Positions 1 to 13,279 of a stretch of 64,000 nucleotides of DNA are shown piece after piece (the stretch's first letter is position 1; the number at the start of each line of letters is the position of its first letter). The notes beneath the pieces were generated by a model that worked only from the letters and a program-made list of their open reading frames with translations, searched no databases and was not told where the DNA came from. A program made the position numbers and the translations under genes. This DNA is from an uncultured Chromatiaceae bacterium (GTDB taxonomy: Bacteria > Pseudomonadota > Gammaproteobacteria > Tenderiales > Tenderiaceae): assembly GCA_945787785.1 (NCBI GenBank), contig CALZIO010000001.1:61169-125168 (forward strand), written 5' to 3'.

Positions 1-923
1 TCAATGGCCATTCAGTGGCACATCACGCCCTGGAGGAGGAGTTGGCTGCATTTACTGGCCGTCCCCGCGCCCTGCTGTTCTCCACCGGCTATATGGCCAA
101 TATGGGCGTCATCGCCGCCCTCTGCGGCCGCGGTGACTTTGTCTTTGAAGATAGGCTCAACCATGCCTCACTGCTCGACGGCGGCCTGCTGTCTCAGGCA
201 CGGCTGCAACGCTATGCTCATGCCGACAGCAATGCCCTGGCACTAAAACTGGCCAAACGCGACTCGGGTGAAAAACTGGTGGTCACCGATGGTGTTTTCA
301 GCATGGATGGCGACCTGGCACCACTGCCTGAATTGAGCCAAACGGCTAAACAACACGACGCCTGGCTAATGGTCGACGATGCCCATGGCTTTGGTGTGCT
401 GGGTGAACATGGCGGTGGCTGCGTCGAACACTTTGGTTTAAACATGAAAGAAGTACCCATCCTCATAGGCACCCTGGGCAAGGCCTTCGGCACCTTTGGC
501 GCCTTTGTCGCCGGCTCAGATGAATTAATCGAATATCTAATCCAGAAAGCCCGGCCTTACATCTACACCACCGCCTTACCGCCAGCACTGGCAGAGGCCA
601 CTCGCATTAGTCTGAAGCTGATTCAAAACGAACACTGGCGCCGCGAAAAACTGCAAACACTTATAAAACAATTTCGCCAAGGTACGACTGAACTCGGTCT
701 GCAATTGATGGAATCAAGCACACCCATCCAACCACTCGTGATTGGAGACAACGCCAAAGCACTGGCTATGAGTGCGGCTTTATTAGAGAAAGGCATTCTC
801 ATCAGTGCCATTCGTCCACCGACTGTTCCTGAAGGCACGGCAAGATTACGCATTACTTTTTCAGCAGAACATAGTGAATCAGACGTAGAGCATCTGTTGA
901 ACGCATTGGAACAGATCAAATGA
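1..923 (+). CDS. bioF: 8-amino-7-oxononanoate synthase, C-terminal ~300 aa (gene starts upstream of window)
   Basis: ORF 15..923 is open to the window edge. Its translation matches the PLP-dependent BioF/AONS family (FSMDGD and GTLGKAFG regions). It is followed by bioH, bioC and bioD. Confidence 0.85.
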   Translation, partial: NGHSVAHHALEEELAAFTGRPRALLFSTGYMANMGVIAALCGRGDFVFEDRLNHASLLDGGLLSQARLQRYAHADSNALALKLAKRDSGEKLVVTDGVFSMDGDLAPLPELSQTAKQHDAWLMVDDAHGFGVLGEHGGGCVEHFGLNMKEVPILIGTLGKAFGTFGAFVAGSDELIEYLIQKARPYIYTTALPPALAEATRISLKLIQNEHWRREKLQTLIKQFRQGTTELGLQLMESSTPIQPLVIGDNAKALAMSAALLEKGILISAIRPPTVPEGTARLRITFSAEHSESDVEHLLNALEQIK

Positions 924-1702
924 GTTTGCTGCATACGCAAACCCATGGCCCCAAGCAGGGAACAGTACCCGATCTGGTTTTAATCCACGGCTGGGGTCTG
1001 CATAGTGGTGTATGGCAACCGACCGTCGAAGCGCTGCAAGATCGTTATCGAATCACCCTGATTGATCTGCCCGGCCACGGCCTCAGCCCCATGCCCGCCG
1101 GTGGTTTTGACCTGATGCGCCTGTCACAACTGTTGCTCGACAGCGCCCCACAACATGCAAGCTGGATTGGCTGGTCACTGGGCGGCATGGCCGCGCTGAA
1201 TACTGCACTCCACTACCCACAACAAATCAACAAGGTGGTGTTAGTAGCAGCACAGCCACAGTTCATCAAAACTGAGGACTGGCCTCATGCCACGCCGGGC
1301 GATAATTTGGCTGCCTTCACAGACAACCTAACTAAAAATACCGAGCAAACCCTGAAGCGTTTTCTCGCACTGCAGGTACGAGGCACAACCAATGAAAAAG
1401 AGTTACTGCGTGATATCCGCAGCATTGTCGAACAACGCCCGCTGCCACAAACAGAAGCGCTAAGACTGGGTCTTGAAATTCTAAACAGTGCCAACTTACG
1501 ACCACAACTGCCGCAATTACAACTGCCGGTGCAGTTCATTTTTGGGGAACGGGATATGCTTGTGCCCGTCGCCACAACAGAAGTGATCAAACAATTGTTA
1601 CCCCAGGCCCGTATCAACATAATGAAGGGTGTTGGCCACGCCCCCTTTCTTTCTCATACCGATGAATTTGTTAACCTGCTTGAAGAATTTATAAAACCAT
1701 AA
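920..1702 (+). CDS. bioH: pimeloyl-ACP methyl ester carboxylesterase (alpha/beta hydrolase)
   Basis: 260 aa with HGWG and a GWSLGG nucleophile elbow. Collinear with E. coli BioH. Its start overlaps the bioF stop (ATGA). Confidence 0.8.
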   Translation: MSLLHTQTHGPKQGTVPDLVLIHGWGLHSGVWQPTVEALQDRYRITLIDLPGHGLSPMPAGGFDLMRLSQLLLDSAPQHASWIGWSLGGMAALNTALHYPQQINKVVLVAAQPQFIKTEDWPHATPGDNLAAFTDNLTKNTEQTLKRFLALQVRGTTNEKELLRDIRSIVEQRPLPQTEALRLGLEILNSANLRPQLPQLQLPVQFIFGERDMLVPVATTEVIKQLLPQARINIMKGVGHAPFLSHTDEFVNLLEEFIKP

Positions 1703-1704
1703 AC

Positions 1705-4168
<2,464 letters not shown>

Positions 4169-4251
4169 TATATATGCGCCTGAAATAACCTATAGCGCGG
4201 TCATTCTCTCACATTAAGATGTGACGACAGAAGTAGCAGTAATGAGACGGG

Positions 4252-4476
4252 TTAAATAACTTTTGGATGGAAGTTGCGCTGAATTATTTCTTTGACGTGG
4301 CGAGTGCAAAGCACAGGCAGGAATGACTTAACACGACAGCTGAGCTTAAGTTTGCTCAGCTCTCGCTCGTAGATAAGACGGACTTCTTTTTCATCTATCT
4401 CATATTGAACGGCAAGTGACTCGATTTCGCTGTTATGAACATCCATTTCTGAATTAGCTTTCAACACATCACTCAT
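4252..4476 (-). CDS. small hypothetical protein (74 aa; ORF could extend to 4569)
   Basis: The internal ATG at 4476 is preceded by AAGGA 9 nt upstream. Hydrophilic helical protein. Lies in an AT-rich islet next to the ion-channel gene. Confidence 0.3.
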   Translation of the reverse strand: MSDVLKANSEMDVHNSEIESLAVQYEIDEKEVRLIYERELSKLKLSCRVKSFLPVLCTRHVKEIIQRNFHPKVI

Positions 4477-4789
4477 GGCGACAGTCCTTTCACTTGTTAA
4501 TCCATTAGCAGCAACACAACATACTTTGCTGTAAGCCTTAGCCCCCTTACCTTGAGCAAAGGATAACACTGGAATATTACAAAATCATGTCATTTTTGAT
4601 TCTAATATCTGAGTTAAATACAAAGTATTTCTATAATAATCATAGTCTTGCGAGATAGCCAAAGCGCACCCTTAATCCTGCTCAATCAATGCCTTACTCG
4701 CTTGAATTAAACAATCTTAGCAAGACAAAACAACGCGATAGTGATCATAAACTTAAAATAACTCCAATCTGAATATACCAATCAAGATT

Positions 4790-5626
4790 TTAGTTTGATT
4801 TTTGTGCCACCTGTTTCAGCAAACTTTCCATCCGTTCCAGACGTTGCTCGATCTCTGCGGTATGCTCCTTAATCCAATGCACTTCACCGGCCTCACCTTC
4901 GCCTGCTTCACGGTTGTATTTTTCATGCTCCTGCTGCATCACATCAAGCACAACCCCAATCATCATGTTCAGAAAAACAAATGCAGTCAGAAAAATAAAT
5001 ACAAGGTAAAAAATCCAACTGAATGGATAAACCTCCATGGTTTCATACATCACATCGGTCCAGTCTTCAAACGTGGCAACGCGGAACAGTGTCAACATAG
5101 CTATGCTGATATCACCCCAAAGAACCGGATTAATTTTTTCAAACCAAAAACTGCCTATAGCACCAAAGATATAAAAAATAATAAACATCAACAGAACAAC
5201 ATAACCGATACGTGGAATGGCTTTAACCAATGCATCCATCAGGATGCGTAACTCTGGAATCATAGAGACCAGGCGCAATACCCTAAAGACACGTAACAGC
5301 CGTGCCAACAACACCATTTGACTGTCGTCAATAGGAATCAGACTGGCTGTAACAACTAGAAAATCAAATATGTTCCAACCATTCTTGAAAAAGTTACTAA
5401 ACTTTTCTTCTGCAGCCATGCGTATCAATAACTCAATCAAAAAGAAGACCGTAACAGCGATATCAAAAAACTTCAGCAACCCCAACCAGTTCGGATCAAT
5501 GTCATACGTCGTTGCGCCAATCATCATTGCCGACAGGATGATGATGGCAACCACCGACATCTCAAAAATCTTATTACTGCGAATGGCAAGGAATCTTGCT
5601 TTCCAACTAACAGCATCCACACTCAT
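4790..5626 (-). CDS. voltage-gated ion channel, single-domain NaChBac/BacNav-type (6TM)
   Basis: 278 aa. S4-like segment RLLRVFRVLRLV has four Arg at 3-residue spacing. The pore loop TLFRVATFEDWTDVMY shows an FxxxTxExW signature. C-terminal coiled-coil tail. Confidence 0.75.
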   Translation of the reverse strand: MSVDAVSWKARFLAIRSNKIFEMSVVAIIILSAMMIGATTYDIDPNWLGLLKFFDIAVTVFFLIELLIRMAAEEKFSNFFKNGWNIFDFLVVTASLIPIDDSQMVLLARLLRVFRVLRLVSMIPELRILMDALVKAIPRIGYVVLLMFIIFYIFGAIGSFWFEKINPVLWGDISIAMLTLFRVATFEDWTDVMYETMEVYPFSWIFYLVFIFLTAFVFLNMMIGVVLDVMQQEHEKYNREAGEGEAGEVHWIKEHTAEIEQRLERMESLLKQVAQKSN

Positions 5627-5705
5627 GATTCAACTCCATTACAATTGGTCATTAAAATAATTTTCAAAGTATTTTAATCAAGACAAAATATTAATATCCA
5701 CTGCA

Positions 5706-5730
5706 CAAAAAAACCGGGCACTTGGCCCGG
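5706..5730 (-). terminator. rho-independent terminator downstream of rpoH
   Basis: On the minus strand: stem CCGGGC/GCCCGG with a short loop, followed by a T7 run. Confidence 0.55.
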
Positions 5731-5761
5731 TTCATATTCAATTTTATGTCAGCTTAATTGA

Positions 5762-6613
5762 TTAGCTTACCATCACCTTCTTCAGCTTTTTGATCGCATT
5801 GTTTTCCAGCTGACGAATACGCTCAGCGGAAACACCATACTTATCAGCAAGATCGTGCAGGGTGGACTTCTGTTCTGACAGCCAGCGGCTGTTCAGAATA
5901 TCGAGACTACGCTCATCCAGTTGCGCTAATGCATCACGCAACTTTTGTTCGCTCAGGTTTTTAGACTGCATCTCTTCCAGCTCATTAGCCGGATCAGGAC
6001 GTTGATCAGTCAAATAGGCAACCGGCGCAGACACAATGTCATCATCATTATCACTAGTATAAGGGTCAAATGAGGCATCATGGGCATTGAGACGTTTCTC
6101 CATCTCGCGCACATTTTCTTCAGTTACACCCAGATCAGTTGCAACTGTTTTGATCTCATCCTGACTCATCCAGCCAAGGCGGACACGCGCCTTACGCAGA
6201 TTAAAAAACAATTTGCGTTGCGCCTTGGTGGTAGCAACTTTTACGATGCGCCAGTTGCGCAGAATGTATTCATGAATTTCTGCCTTGATCCAGTGCACAG
6301 CAAAAGAGACAAGACGTACGTTCATTTCAGGATCAAAGCGTTTGACGGCCTTCATCAGACCAATACTGCCTTCCTGAATCAGATCAGCCTCGGGCAGACC
6401 ATAACCACGGTAGCCGCGAGCGATGTAAGCAACAAATCGCAAGTTGGACAGCACCAGACGACGCGCTGCCCCAAGATCATTGTCACGGTGTAAACGAATG
6501 GCCAGTTCCCGCTCTTCCTCGGCACTCAGTACCGGGATGCGAGTTGCCGCTGCCTGGTAGGCTTCAATGCTGTGAGTTGGAAGGGCCAGAGCCAAATCCA
6601 TGCTTTTACTCAT
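5762..6613 (-). CDS. rpoH: RNA polymerase sigma-32 heat-shock factor
   Basis: 283 aa with sigma-70 regions 2 and 4 and the RpoH box QRKLFFNLR. Confidence 0.9.
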   Translation of the reverse strand: MSKSMDLALALPTHSIEAYQAAATRIPVLSAEEERELAIRLHRDNDLGAARRLVLSNLRFVAYIARGYRGYGLPEADLIQEGSIGLMKAVKRFDPEMNVRLVSFAVHWIKAEIHEYILRNWRIVKVATTKAQRKLFFNLRKARVRLGWMSQDEIKTVATDLGVTEENVREMEKRLNAHDASFDPYTSDNDDDIVSAPVAYLTDQRPDPANELEEMQSKNLSEQKLRDALAQLDERSLDILNSRWLSEQKSTLHDLADKYGVSAERIRQLENNAIKKLKKVMVS

Positions 6614-6794
6614 ATCTATGTTTTACCCCTTGTTAGTCGTTTCCAGAGTTCAAGGTCCACAATCCGGCTAACTCCGCTGAGTTAACCCGACCTCTACCAT
6701 GCACTTCGGAATTTTCGGAAGTTATTCTAGCATTCATAATCTATGAGTGCTAACAAGCGCAGAAGTTCCAGGAATAAATGGGTAAAACAACAAG

Positions 6795-7874
6795 TTATGC
6801 GGGTTCGATGACCCGTAAACGTCTACCTGTTACCAACCATGCGCCAACCAATCCCAACAACGGCCCCAACAACAACAGCAGTAGTGTGGTTTTAATATCA
6901 ACCAGACCCAATGAAAATTGACTGTCATATAGCTCGGCCAGTTGTCTCACCGGGCCGTCGAGGACCATCAGCAATATATTCACTAACAACCATGCCAGCA
7001 GACTACCAAACAGACCAAACCACATACCGTTATAGAGAAACGGCCGCCGCACAAAGGCATCACTACCGCCGATCAACTTGATCACCTCGATTTCATCATG
7101 GCGGTTTTGGATCGCCAGGCGGATGGTATTGCCAATCACAAACAGCACCGCCAATGCCAGCAGGCCACCCAGAACCAGCACGACCCGCTCAGCAAGGCCA
7201 ATCAGGCCATGTAAACGCTGCACCCATTCAAGGTCGAGCTGGGCAAGATCCACTTCCGGGCGCTGGCGCAGGCGCTCTAACAACGATTCTGCAGCGGCAG
7301 GATTCTGATGCGCCATGGTGGGTGACACCACGACCACACCAGGCAATGGATTATCATCCAGCATGGCCAGCGCATCCCCAAGACCTGAATTTTGCCTGAA
7401 ATCCTCCAATGCTTGTTCCGGGCTGATGTATTCAAGGCTGTCGATCTCTGGCCAGCTTTTTAGTTCGTTCATCAGCTGAGTTGAGTTTTGAGCAGAGATG
7501 TTTGGCTGCAAAAAAAGTGAAATCTGGGCCGATTCCTGCCAGGCCGCGCCTAAACTTTCGACCTTATTTAGAAACACATGCAGCGCCGCCGGCAACGCCA
7601 GGGAGATTCCGATAACCACCGCCGTCATGAAATTGCCCATCAAGGCCCGCCCGAGTTGACTCAGCGTGGTGGTGAGCACATGAAAATGGAGCGCAAAATA
7701 GTTGCGTAGCCGTTTAATCAGCCCCACGCGACCACTGCGCTGCGCCGCCGGTACACGTTTTACAGTGACATTCTGCTTGACGTCATCCTTGGCCGAATAT
7801 CGATTAGCCTGTTTGTGCGGCTTCAACCCTGCCTCCTTCATCTGCCAGCATCCGCCCATTGCGAATCGAAACAA
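6795..7874 (-). CDS. ftsX: cell division ABC transporter permease FtsX (start uncertain: TTG 7874, ATG 7859 or ATG 7841)
   Basis: Four-TM FtsX topology. Immediately downstream of ftsE and overlapping it, as in E. coli. Confidence 0.85.
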   Translation of the reverse strand: MFRFAMGGCWQMKEAGLKPHKQANRYSAKDDVKQNVTVKRVPAAQRSGRVGLIKRLRNYFALHFHVLTTTLSQLGRALMGNFMTAVVIGISLALPAALHVFLNKVESLGAAWQESAQISLFLQPNISAQNSTQLMNELKSWPEIDSLEYISPEQALEDFRQNSGLGDALAMLDDNPLPGVVVVSPTMAHQNPAAAESLLERLRQRPEVDLAQLDLEWVQRLHGLIGLAERVVLVLGGLLALAVLFVIGNTIRLAIQNRHDEIEVIKLIGGSDAFVRRPFLYNGMWFGLFGSLLAWLLVNILLMVLDGPVRQLAELYDSQFSLGLVDIKTTLLLLLLGPLLGLVGAWLVTGRRLRVIEPA

Positions 7875-8496
7875 TGCGTTTGTTGAGGCTCCCGATTAAC
7901 TCCAGGTCATGCGAGGCGATCAACAAGGTCACCCCAACCTGATTAAACTGTTCGAACAGCGACATAATTTCGCGAGACAGGACAGGGTCCAGGTTACCGG
8001 TGGGTTCGTCGGCAATCAGCACCTTGGGGCGATTAACCACCGCCCGGGCAATCCCCACCCGCTGGCGCTCACCACCGGAAAGATAAACAGGAAAATCATT
8101 TTCCCGATTCAGCAGCCCCACCTTATCTAAAGCGGCCCTGACCCGACGCCCCACCTCACGCGGATGGTGTTCACCCGAGACCAGCAACGGCAGGGCCACA
8201 TTATCAAAGACATTACGATCATTGAGCAGTTTGCTGTCTTGAAAGATGATACCGATATCGCGCCGCAGCGCGGGAATCTGACGCCGCTTGACCCGGCCCA
8301 GGTGTTTATCATCAATGATCACCTGACCAGCGCTGGGACGTTCGATCAGGGGAATCATTTTTAACAGGGTGCTTTTACCGGCGCCAGAATGCCCGGTCAG
8401 AAAAACCATCTCTGCCTTTTTGATGTGCAGGCTGACATCAACCAAGGCTTCGAAGCCGTTAGGATAACGCTTAGTGACTTTGCTGAAATGAATCAT
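7804..8496 (-). CDS. ftsE: cell division ATP-binding protein FtsE
   Basis: 230 aa with Walker A GHSGAGKST, ABC signature LSGGERQRV and Walker B LLIADEPTGNLD. Confidence 0.9.
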   Translation of the reverse strand: MIHFSKVTKRYPNGFEALVDVSLHIKKAEMVFLTGHSGAGKSTLLKMIPLIERPSAGQVIIDDKHLGRVKRRQIPALRRDIGIIFQDSKLLNDRNVFDNVALPLLVSGEHHPREVGRRVRAALDKVGLLNRENDFPVYLSGGERQRVGIARAVVNRPKVLIADEPTGNLDPVLSREIMSLFEQFNQVGVTLLIASHDLELIGSLNKRIVSIRNGRMLADEGGRVEAAQTG

Positions 8497-8514
8497 GCAA
8501 CTATTCAGCTGGAA

Positions 8515-9786
8515 TTATGACTCTGTTTTCTCTAACAACGCATCGACAAATTCTTCTGCGTTGAAATCACGCAAATCATCAATACCTTCACCCACACCGA
8601 TTAAACGAATCGGCAGGCCCAGTTTTTTGGCGATAGCAAACACCACACCGCCCTTGGCCGTACCATCCAGTTTGGTCAGTGCCAGGCCTGTGACATCCAC
8701 CGCCTGGTGGAACTGTTCGGCCTGGACCACGGCGTTCTGGCCGATGCCACCATCCAGCACCAGCAGCACTTCGTGTGGCGCATTCTCATCCAGTTTGGCC
8801 ATCACACGTTTCACTTTCTTCAGTTCTTCCATTAAATTGGACTGAGTATGTAAACGCCCGGCGGTATCCACAATCAACACGTCAACGCCACGCGCCTTTG
8901 CTGCCTGCACTGCATCAAAAGCCACCGAGGCCGGGTCTGCACTGCGCTGTTGTGCAACTACAGGAACGTTATTACGCTCACCCCAGGTTTGCAGCTGTTC
9001 GACTGCGGCGGCGCGAAAGGTATCACCGGCCGCCAGCATGACTGACTTGCCTTGGTTCTGAAAACGCTTGGCCAATTTACCTATCGTGGTGGTTTTCCCG
9101 GCACCGTTGATGCCGACCATCAGGATGACATAAGGTGCTTCGCCTTCGAGCCGCAGCGGATTACTCACCGGCTGCAGGATCTCAAGCATATTTTCTCGCA
9201 GCGCCGCCAGCAGGGCCTCTGCATCACCCAGCTGTTTGCGCTTCATCCGCGCGGTGAGATCACTAATGATTTCCATGGTGGCATCGACGCCGACATCGGC
9301 CGTCAGCAGCTGTGTTTCCAGCTCCTCCAGCACATCGTCGTCGATTTTACGACCCACGGGCACCAGATCACGGACATCGGTATTAAGGACATCACGGGTC
9401 TTGGCCAAGCCTTTTTTCAGCCGCGAAAAAAAGCCTTTTTTATTGGCCGTCGCGGCTATTTGTTCAGGTTCAATGTCGGCAATAGCCTGTTCATCCGGCT
9501 CTTGTTCATGCGCTACCGGCTCAGACATAGCAGTCGGCTCGTCAATGAGCTCCAGTTGTTCTGGTTCAGACGGTTCTGGTTCAGTCCGTTCCGGCTCAGA
9601 GGCTTCAAGCTCGGCAGCCTCTGGCTCAGTCAGTGTAGATTCAAGCTCATTGGTCTCAGAAGTCTCGATACGCTCGCCAGCCTCTGAGTCAGTCGACTCA
9701 GACTCGACTGACTCAGTCGTCTGCAGCTCAGCCTGATCAAGCTGCTTGTCATCATCACCTTTCTTTTTTTTCAGGAAACCAAACAT
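8515..9786 (-). CDS. ftsY: signal recognition particle receptor FtsY
   Basis: 423 aa. Acidic low-complexity N-terminal A domain, then NG domain with GINGAGKTTTIGKLA, DTAGR and TKLDGTAKGG. Confidence 0.9.
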   Translation of the reverse strand: MFGFLKKKKGDDDKQLDQAELQTTESVESESTDSEAGERIETSETNELESTLTEPEAAELEASEPERTEPEPSEPEQLELIDEPTAMSEPVAHEQEPDEQAIADIEPEQIAATANKKGFFSRLKKGLAKTRDVLNTDVRDLVPVGRKIDDDVLEELETQLLTADVGVDATMEIISDLTARMKRKQLGDAEALLAALRENMLEILQPVSNPLRLEGEAPYVILMVGINGAGKTTTIGKLAKRFQNQGKSVMLAAGDTFRAAAVEQLQTWGERNNVPVVAQQRSADPASVAFDAVQAAKARGVDVLIVDTAGRLHTQSNLMEELKKVKRVMAKLDENAPHEVLLVLDGGIGQNAVVQAEQFHQAVDVTGLALTKLDGTAKGGVVFAIAKKLGLPIRLIGVGEGIDDLRDFNAEEFVDALLEKTES

Positions 9787-9918
9787 AAAATCCCTTGGTC
9801 ATAGAGAGAGTTGTTAAATGAATTGTTTGTTGATCTCGTGGTCGAAACATTGGCCCGAATCAGATAGGCTATGCTACCACAATCGTATTCACACTAGAGA
9901 ATCTAAGGGAATATCTAA

Positions 9919-11289
9919 ATGAAAATAAGAGTGACGTTATGGTCCCTTTTGAGTACTGCATTTTTGTTTCAAGCAGCCATTGCCAGCGAGGTTCACGAAT
10001 ACTCGCTCGACAACGGCATGAAAATCTTCGTCAAGGAAGATCATCGCGCCCCGGTGGTGGCCTCAATGGTCTGGTATAAGGTCGGCAGCAGCTATGAGCT
10101 CAACGGCACTACTGGCATCTCCCACGTGCTGGAACATATGATGTTCAAGGGCACGGACAAACATGCACCGGGTGAGTTCTCGCGTATCATCGCCGAACAG
10201 GGCGGTAAGGAAAACGCCTTCACCAGCCGCGACTACACCTCTTATTTTCAACGCCTGCACAAGGATCGTCTCGAGATCAGCTTTGAGATGGAAGCCGACC
10301 GCATGCGCAACATGAAGGTGCTGGATGAAGAGTTCGCCAAAGAGATAAAAGTGGTCATGGAAGAACGCCGTATGCGCACTGAGGATGACCCTGAATCAAT
10401 CACCTACGAAGCCTTTAACGCCAACGCCTTTGTCACCAATCCCTACCGCTGGCCGGTGATCGGTTGGATGAACGATCTGGAAAACATGACCGCCCAGGAC
10501 ATCCGCGACTGGTATGAAGTCTGGTATGCACCGAACAATGCTTCTTTGGTGGTTGTGGGTGATGTTAATCCGGATGAAGTGTATGAGTTGGCAAAAAAAC
10601 ATTTCGGTCCACACAAACCGATTGACAACATCACCCCGCCCAAACCTCAGCTCGAAGTAGAACAGAAGGGTGAACGCAGACTCACCATCAAAGCGCCCGC
10701 CGAACTGCCCTATCTATTAATGGGCTACAAGGCACCTGCCGTTCAAGGCGCTGATGAAGAGTGGGAACCGTATGCCCTGGATGTCCTCTCCAGCGTGCTA
10801 GACGGTGGCAACAGCGCCCGATTTGCCAAGAATCTAATACGTGGCCAGCAAATCGCCGCCAGCGCCGGGGCCGGTTACAATCCCTTCTCACGCCTTGACA
10901 CCCTGTTTCTATTTGATGGCAACCCGGCCCAGGGCCATACCATCGAAGAGCTGGAACAGGCCATCCGCGCTGAGATTAAACAGGTCAAGGAAGAACTAAT
11001 CAGCGAAGATGAAATGGCCCGCATTAAAGCAAAGGTGATCGCCAGCGAAGTGTATCAACAGGATTCGGTTTTTTATCAAGCTATGAAAATCGGCCAGCTC
11101 GAAACCATGGGCATGGATTGGCGCTTGAGCGATCAATACGCGACACGGATTCAGGAAGTAACTGCCGAACAGGTACGCGAAGTGGCACGCAAATATTTGA
11201 TCGACGACAGTCTGACCGTTGCCGTACTTGATCCGCAACCACTGGATGGTAAACAAGCTGTCCGTCCAAGTGCCGGCATGCGCCACTAA
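9919..11289 (+). CDS. M16-family zinc metallopeptidase (active subunit, HxxEH)
   Basis: 456 aa with signal peptide and the inverzincin motif HVLEHMMFKGT. Confidence 0.8.
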   Translation: MKIRVTLWSLLSTAFLFQAAIASEVHEYSLDNGMKIFVKEDHRAPVVASMVWYKVGSSYELNGTTGISHVLEHMMFKGTDKHAPGEFSRIIAEQGGKENAFTSRDYTSYFQRLHKDRLEISFEMEADRMRNMKVLDEEFAKEIKVVMEERRMRTEDDPESITYEAFNANAFVTNPYRWPVIGWMNDLENMTAQDIRDWYEVWYAPNNASLVVVGDVNPDEVYELAKKHFGPHKPIDNITPPKPQLEVEQKGERRLTIKAPAELPYLLMGYKAPAVQGADEEWEPYALDVLSSVLDGGNSARFAKNLIRGQQIAASAGAGYNPFSRLDTLFLFDGNPAQGHTIEELEQAIRAEIKQVKEELISEDEMARIKAKVIASEVYQQDSVFYQAMKIGQLETMGMDWRLSDQYATRIQEVTAEQVREVARKYLIDDSLTVAVLDPQPLDGKQAVRPSAGMRH

Positions 11290-11321
11290 TCAAACCCAAT
11301 AACAACAAGCAGGATCGAAAT

Positions 11322-12641
11322 ATGATCAACCGTTATAAAAATTTCACGCAATGGATTGTGATTGCCCTGTTGGCGATCAGTAGTAGTCTGGCCAACGCCT
11401 CACCTGAAATTCAGCACTGGCAGACCAGCAATGGTGCCCGCGTTTATTTCGTGCCTGCACCTGAACTGCCTATGGTGGATATTCGCATCATCTTTGATGC
11501 AGCCGGTGCGCGCGACAAGATCCCCGGTGTTGCCTTGATGACTAATGGCCTGTTGGATGAGGGCGCAGGCAAAATGAATACCGACGAAATTGCCGACGCA
11601 TTCTCTGCCATCGGCGCCCAGTTCAGCACCAGCTCGCATCGCGATATGTCTATTGTCAGCCTGCGCAGCCTGACTCAGCCGCAGCTACTCGACAAGGCCA
11701 TCACTACCATGACCAAGGTAATCAGTGAACCGACCTTCCCGAAGGAGTCGCTGGAACGTGAACGCAACCGCATGTTAATTGCCCTGCAAGGCAAAAAACA
11801 GTCCCCCGGCGCCATTGCCGGTGAGACATTCTTTGCTGCTTTATATGGTGATCACCCTTATGCCAATGAAGCCTCCGGTACTGAAGAATCGGTAAAACAG
11901 ATCAAACGAAAACACTTGGTGGAACATCACGAGCGCTATTACGTCGGCCGCAATGCGGTCATCGCCATCGTCGGTGCCGTTGACAGAAAACAGGCCGACA
12001 AACTGGCCGAGACCCTGCTTGGTCAATTACCTGCAGGCAAGGCAGCGACCAGCATCCCTGAAGTTAAATCACTCAGTCAGGCAGAGGTCGTTAAAAAAGC
12101 CTTCCCTTCGAGCCAAACTCATTTGCTGGTGGGTCAACCCGCTATCAAGCGTGGTGACGATGACACCTTTGCGCTGTATGTTGGCAACCACATTCTCGGC
12201 GGCAGTGGACTGGTCTCGCGTCTAAGCGAAGAGGTGCGCGAAAAACGCGGCCTCTCCTATAGCACCTATAGTTACTTCAGTCCCATGCGCCAGCGCGGCC
12301 CATTCCAGCTAAGCCTGCAGACACGTAATGATCAAGCTGAAGAGGCACTCAAGGTACTGAAGCAGACCCTGACGGAATTTATGCAGAATGGCCCTTCTGA
12401 AGAAGAGCTGATCGCAGCCAAGAAAAACATCACCGGTGGTTTTGCCCTGAATTTGGATAGCAATAGCAAAATCGTTGAGAACCTCGCCATGATCGGTTTT
12501 TATGGGCTGCCACTCGACTACCTCGACACTTACACCGACAAAGTCGATGCCGTCACCATTGAGCAGATCAAAGACGCATTCAAACGCCACGTGCAACCAG
12601 ACAAGATGGTCACGGTGATGGTGGGTGGGGAAGCAGAATAA
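11322..12641 (+). CDS. M16-family peptidase homolog lacking HxxEH (non-catalytic partner)
   Basis: 439 aa with signal peptide and M16 fold. No HxxEH motif. Adjacent to the active paralog. Confidence 0.75.
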   Translation: MINRYKNFTQWIVIALLAISSSLANASPEIQHWQTSNGARVYFVPAPELPMVDIRIIFDAAGARDKIPGVALMTNGLLDEGAGKMNTDEIADAFSAIGAQFSTSSHRDMSIVSLRSLTQPQLLDKAITTMTKVISEPTFPKESLERERNRMLIALQGKKQSPGAIAGETFFAALYGDHPYANEASGTEESVKQIKRKHLVEHHERYYVGRNAVIAIVGAVDRKQADKLAETLLGQLPAGKAATSIPEVKSLSQAEVVKKAFPSSQTHLLVGQPAIKRGDDDTFALYVGNHILGGSGLVSRLSEEVREKRGLSYSTYSYFSPMRQRGPFQLSLQTRNDQAEEALKVLKQTLTEFMQNGPSEEELIAAKKNITGGFALNLDSNSKIVENLAMIGFYGLPLDYLDTYTDKVDAVTIEQIKDAFKRHVQPDKMVTVMVGGEAE

Positions 12642-12643
12642 GC

Positions 12644-13222
12644 TTGGCCAAATCAAAGCAACAGGGTCAACTGCGCATCATTGGTGGCGAGTGGCGTGGG
12701 CGCAAACTGAACTTCCCGGCGATTGCCGACCTGCGCCCGACCGCCGACCGGATACGTGAAACTCTGTTCAACTGGCTGCAGGCTGAAATTCCCGGAGCCC
12801 GTTGCCTCGATCTTTTCGCTGGCAGTGGCGCCATTGGCCTTGAAGCCCTGTCTCGTAGCGCCAATGAAGTTGTGATGGTGGAACAGGACAGAAATGCAGC
12901 GGCGCAGATTCGCCAACATTTAAAAACACTGGGCAGCCAAACTGGACGCGTCGAAAACAGCGATGTTTTCCACTATCTAAAAGGCATTTCCACATGCTTT
13001 GATGTGGTTTTTCTCGACCCACCCTATCGGGCTAACTGTCTGGCACAGTGCTGCCAACTACTCGAACAAGGCGGCTGGTTCAAAGACAAGGCCTATATCT
13101 ATCTGGAAGATTCAAGCAGCAGGCCACCACCCCACCTGCCCGACAACTGGCAGCTGCTACGCAATAAAAAGGCCGGTGAGGTGGCATACTTTCTGGCTCT
13201 GCGCCAAATTACAAGTTCGTGA
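12644..13222 (+). CDS. rsmD: 16S rRNA (guanine966-N2)-methyltransferase
   Basis: 192 aa with DLFAGSGAIGLEALSR and DPPY motifs. Confidence 0.8.
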   Translation: MAKSKQQGQLRIIGGEWRGRKLNFPAIADLRPTADRIRETLFNWLQAEIPGARCLDLFAGSGAIGLEALSRSANEVVMVEQDRNAAAQIRQHLKTLGSQTGRVENSDVFHYLKGISTCFDVVFLDPPYRANCLAQCCQLLEQGGWFKDKAYIYLEDSSSRPPPHLPDNWQLLRNKKAGEVAYFLALRQITSS

Positions 13223-13279
13223 TATCATTCGACCTTTCAGGATATCAGGCCTTGGCAAGCAGCGAAGGTAAACTTAGCG

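Noticed and set aside
4802-5251. 149-aa plus-strand ORF
   Set aside because: It is antisense to the voltage-gated channel gene. The channel frame has clear S4 and pore signatures.
6080-6493. 137-aa plus-strand ORF
   Set aside because: It is antisense within rpoH.
9052-9736. Plus-strand ORFs 9052..9687 and 9236..9736 (Ser-rich translations)
   Set aside because: They lie entirely antisense within ftsY and are low-complexity mirror images of its acidic repeat region.
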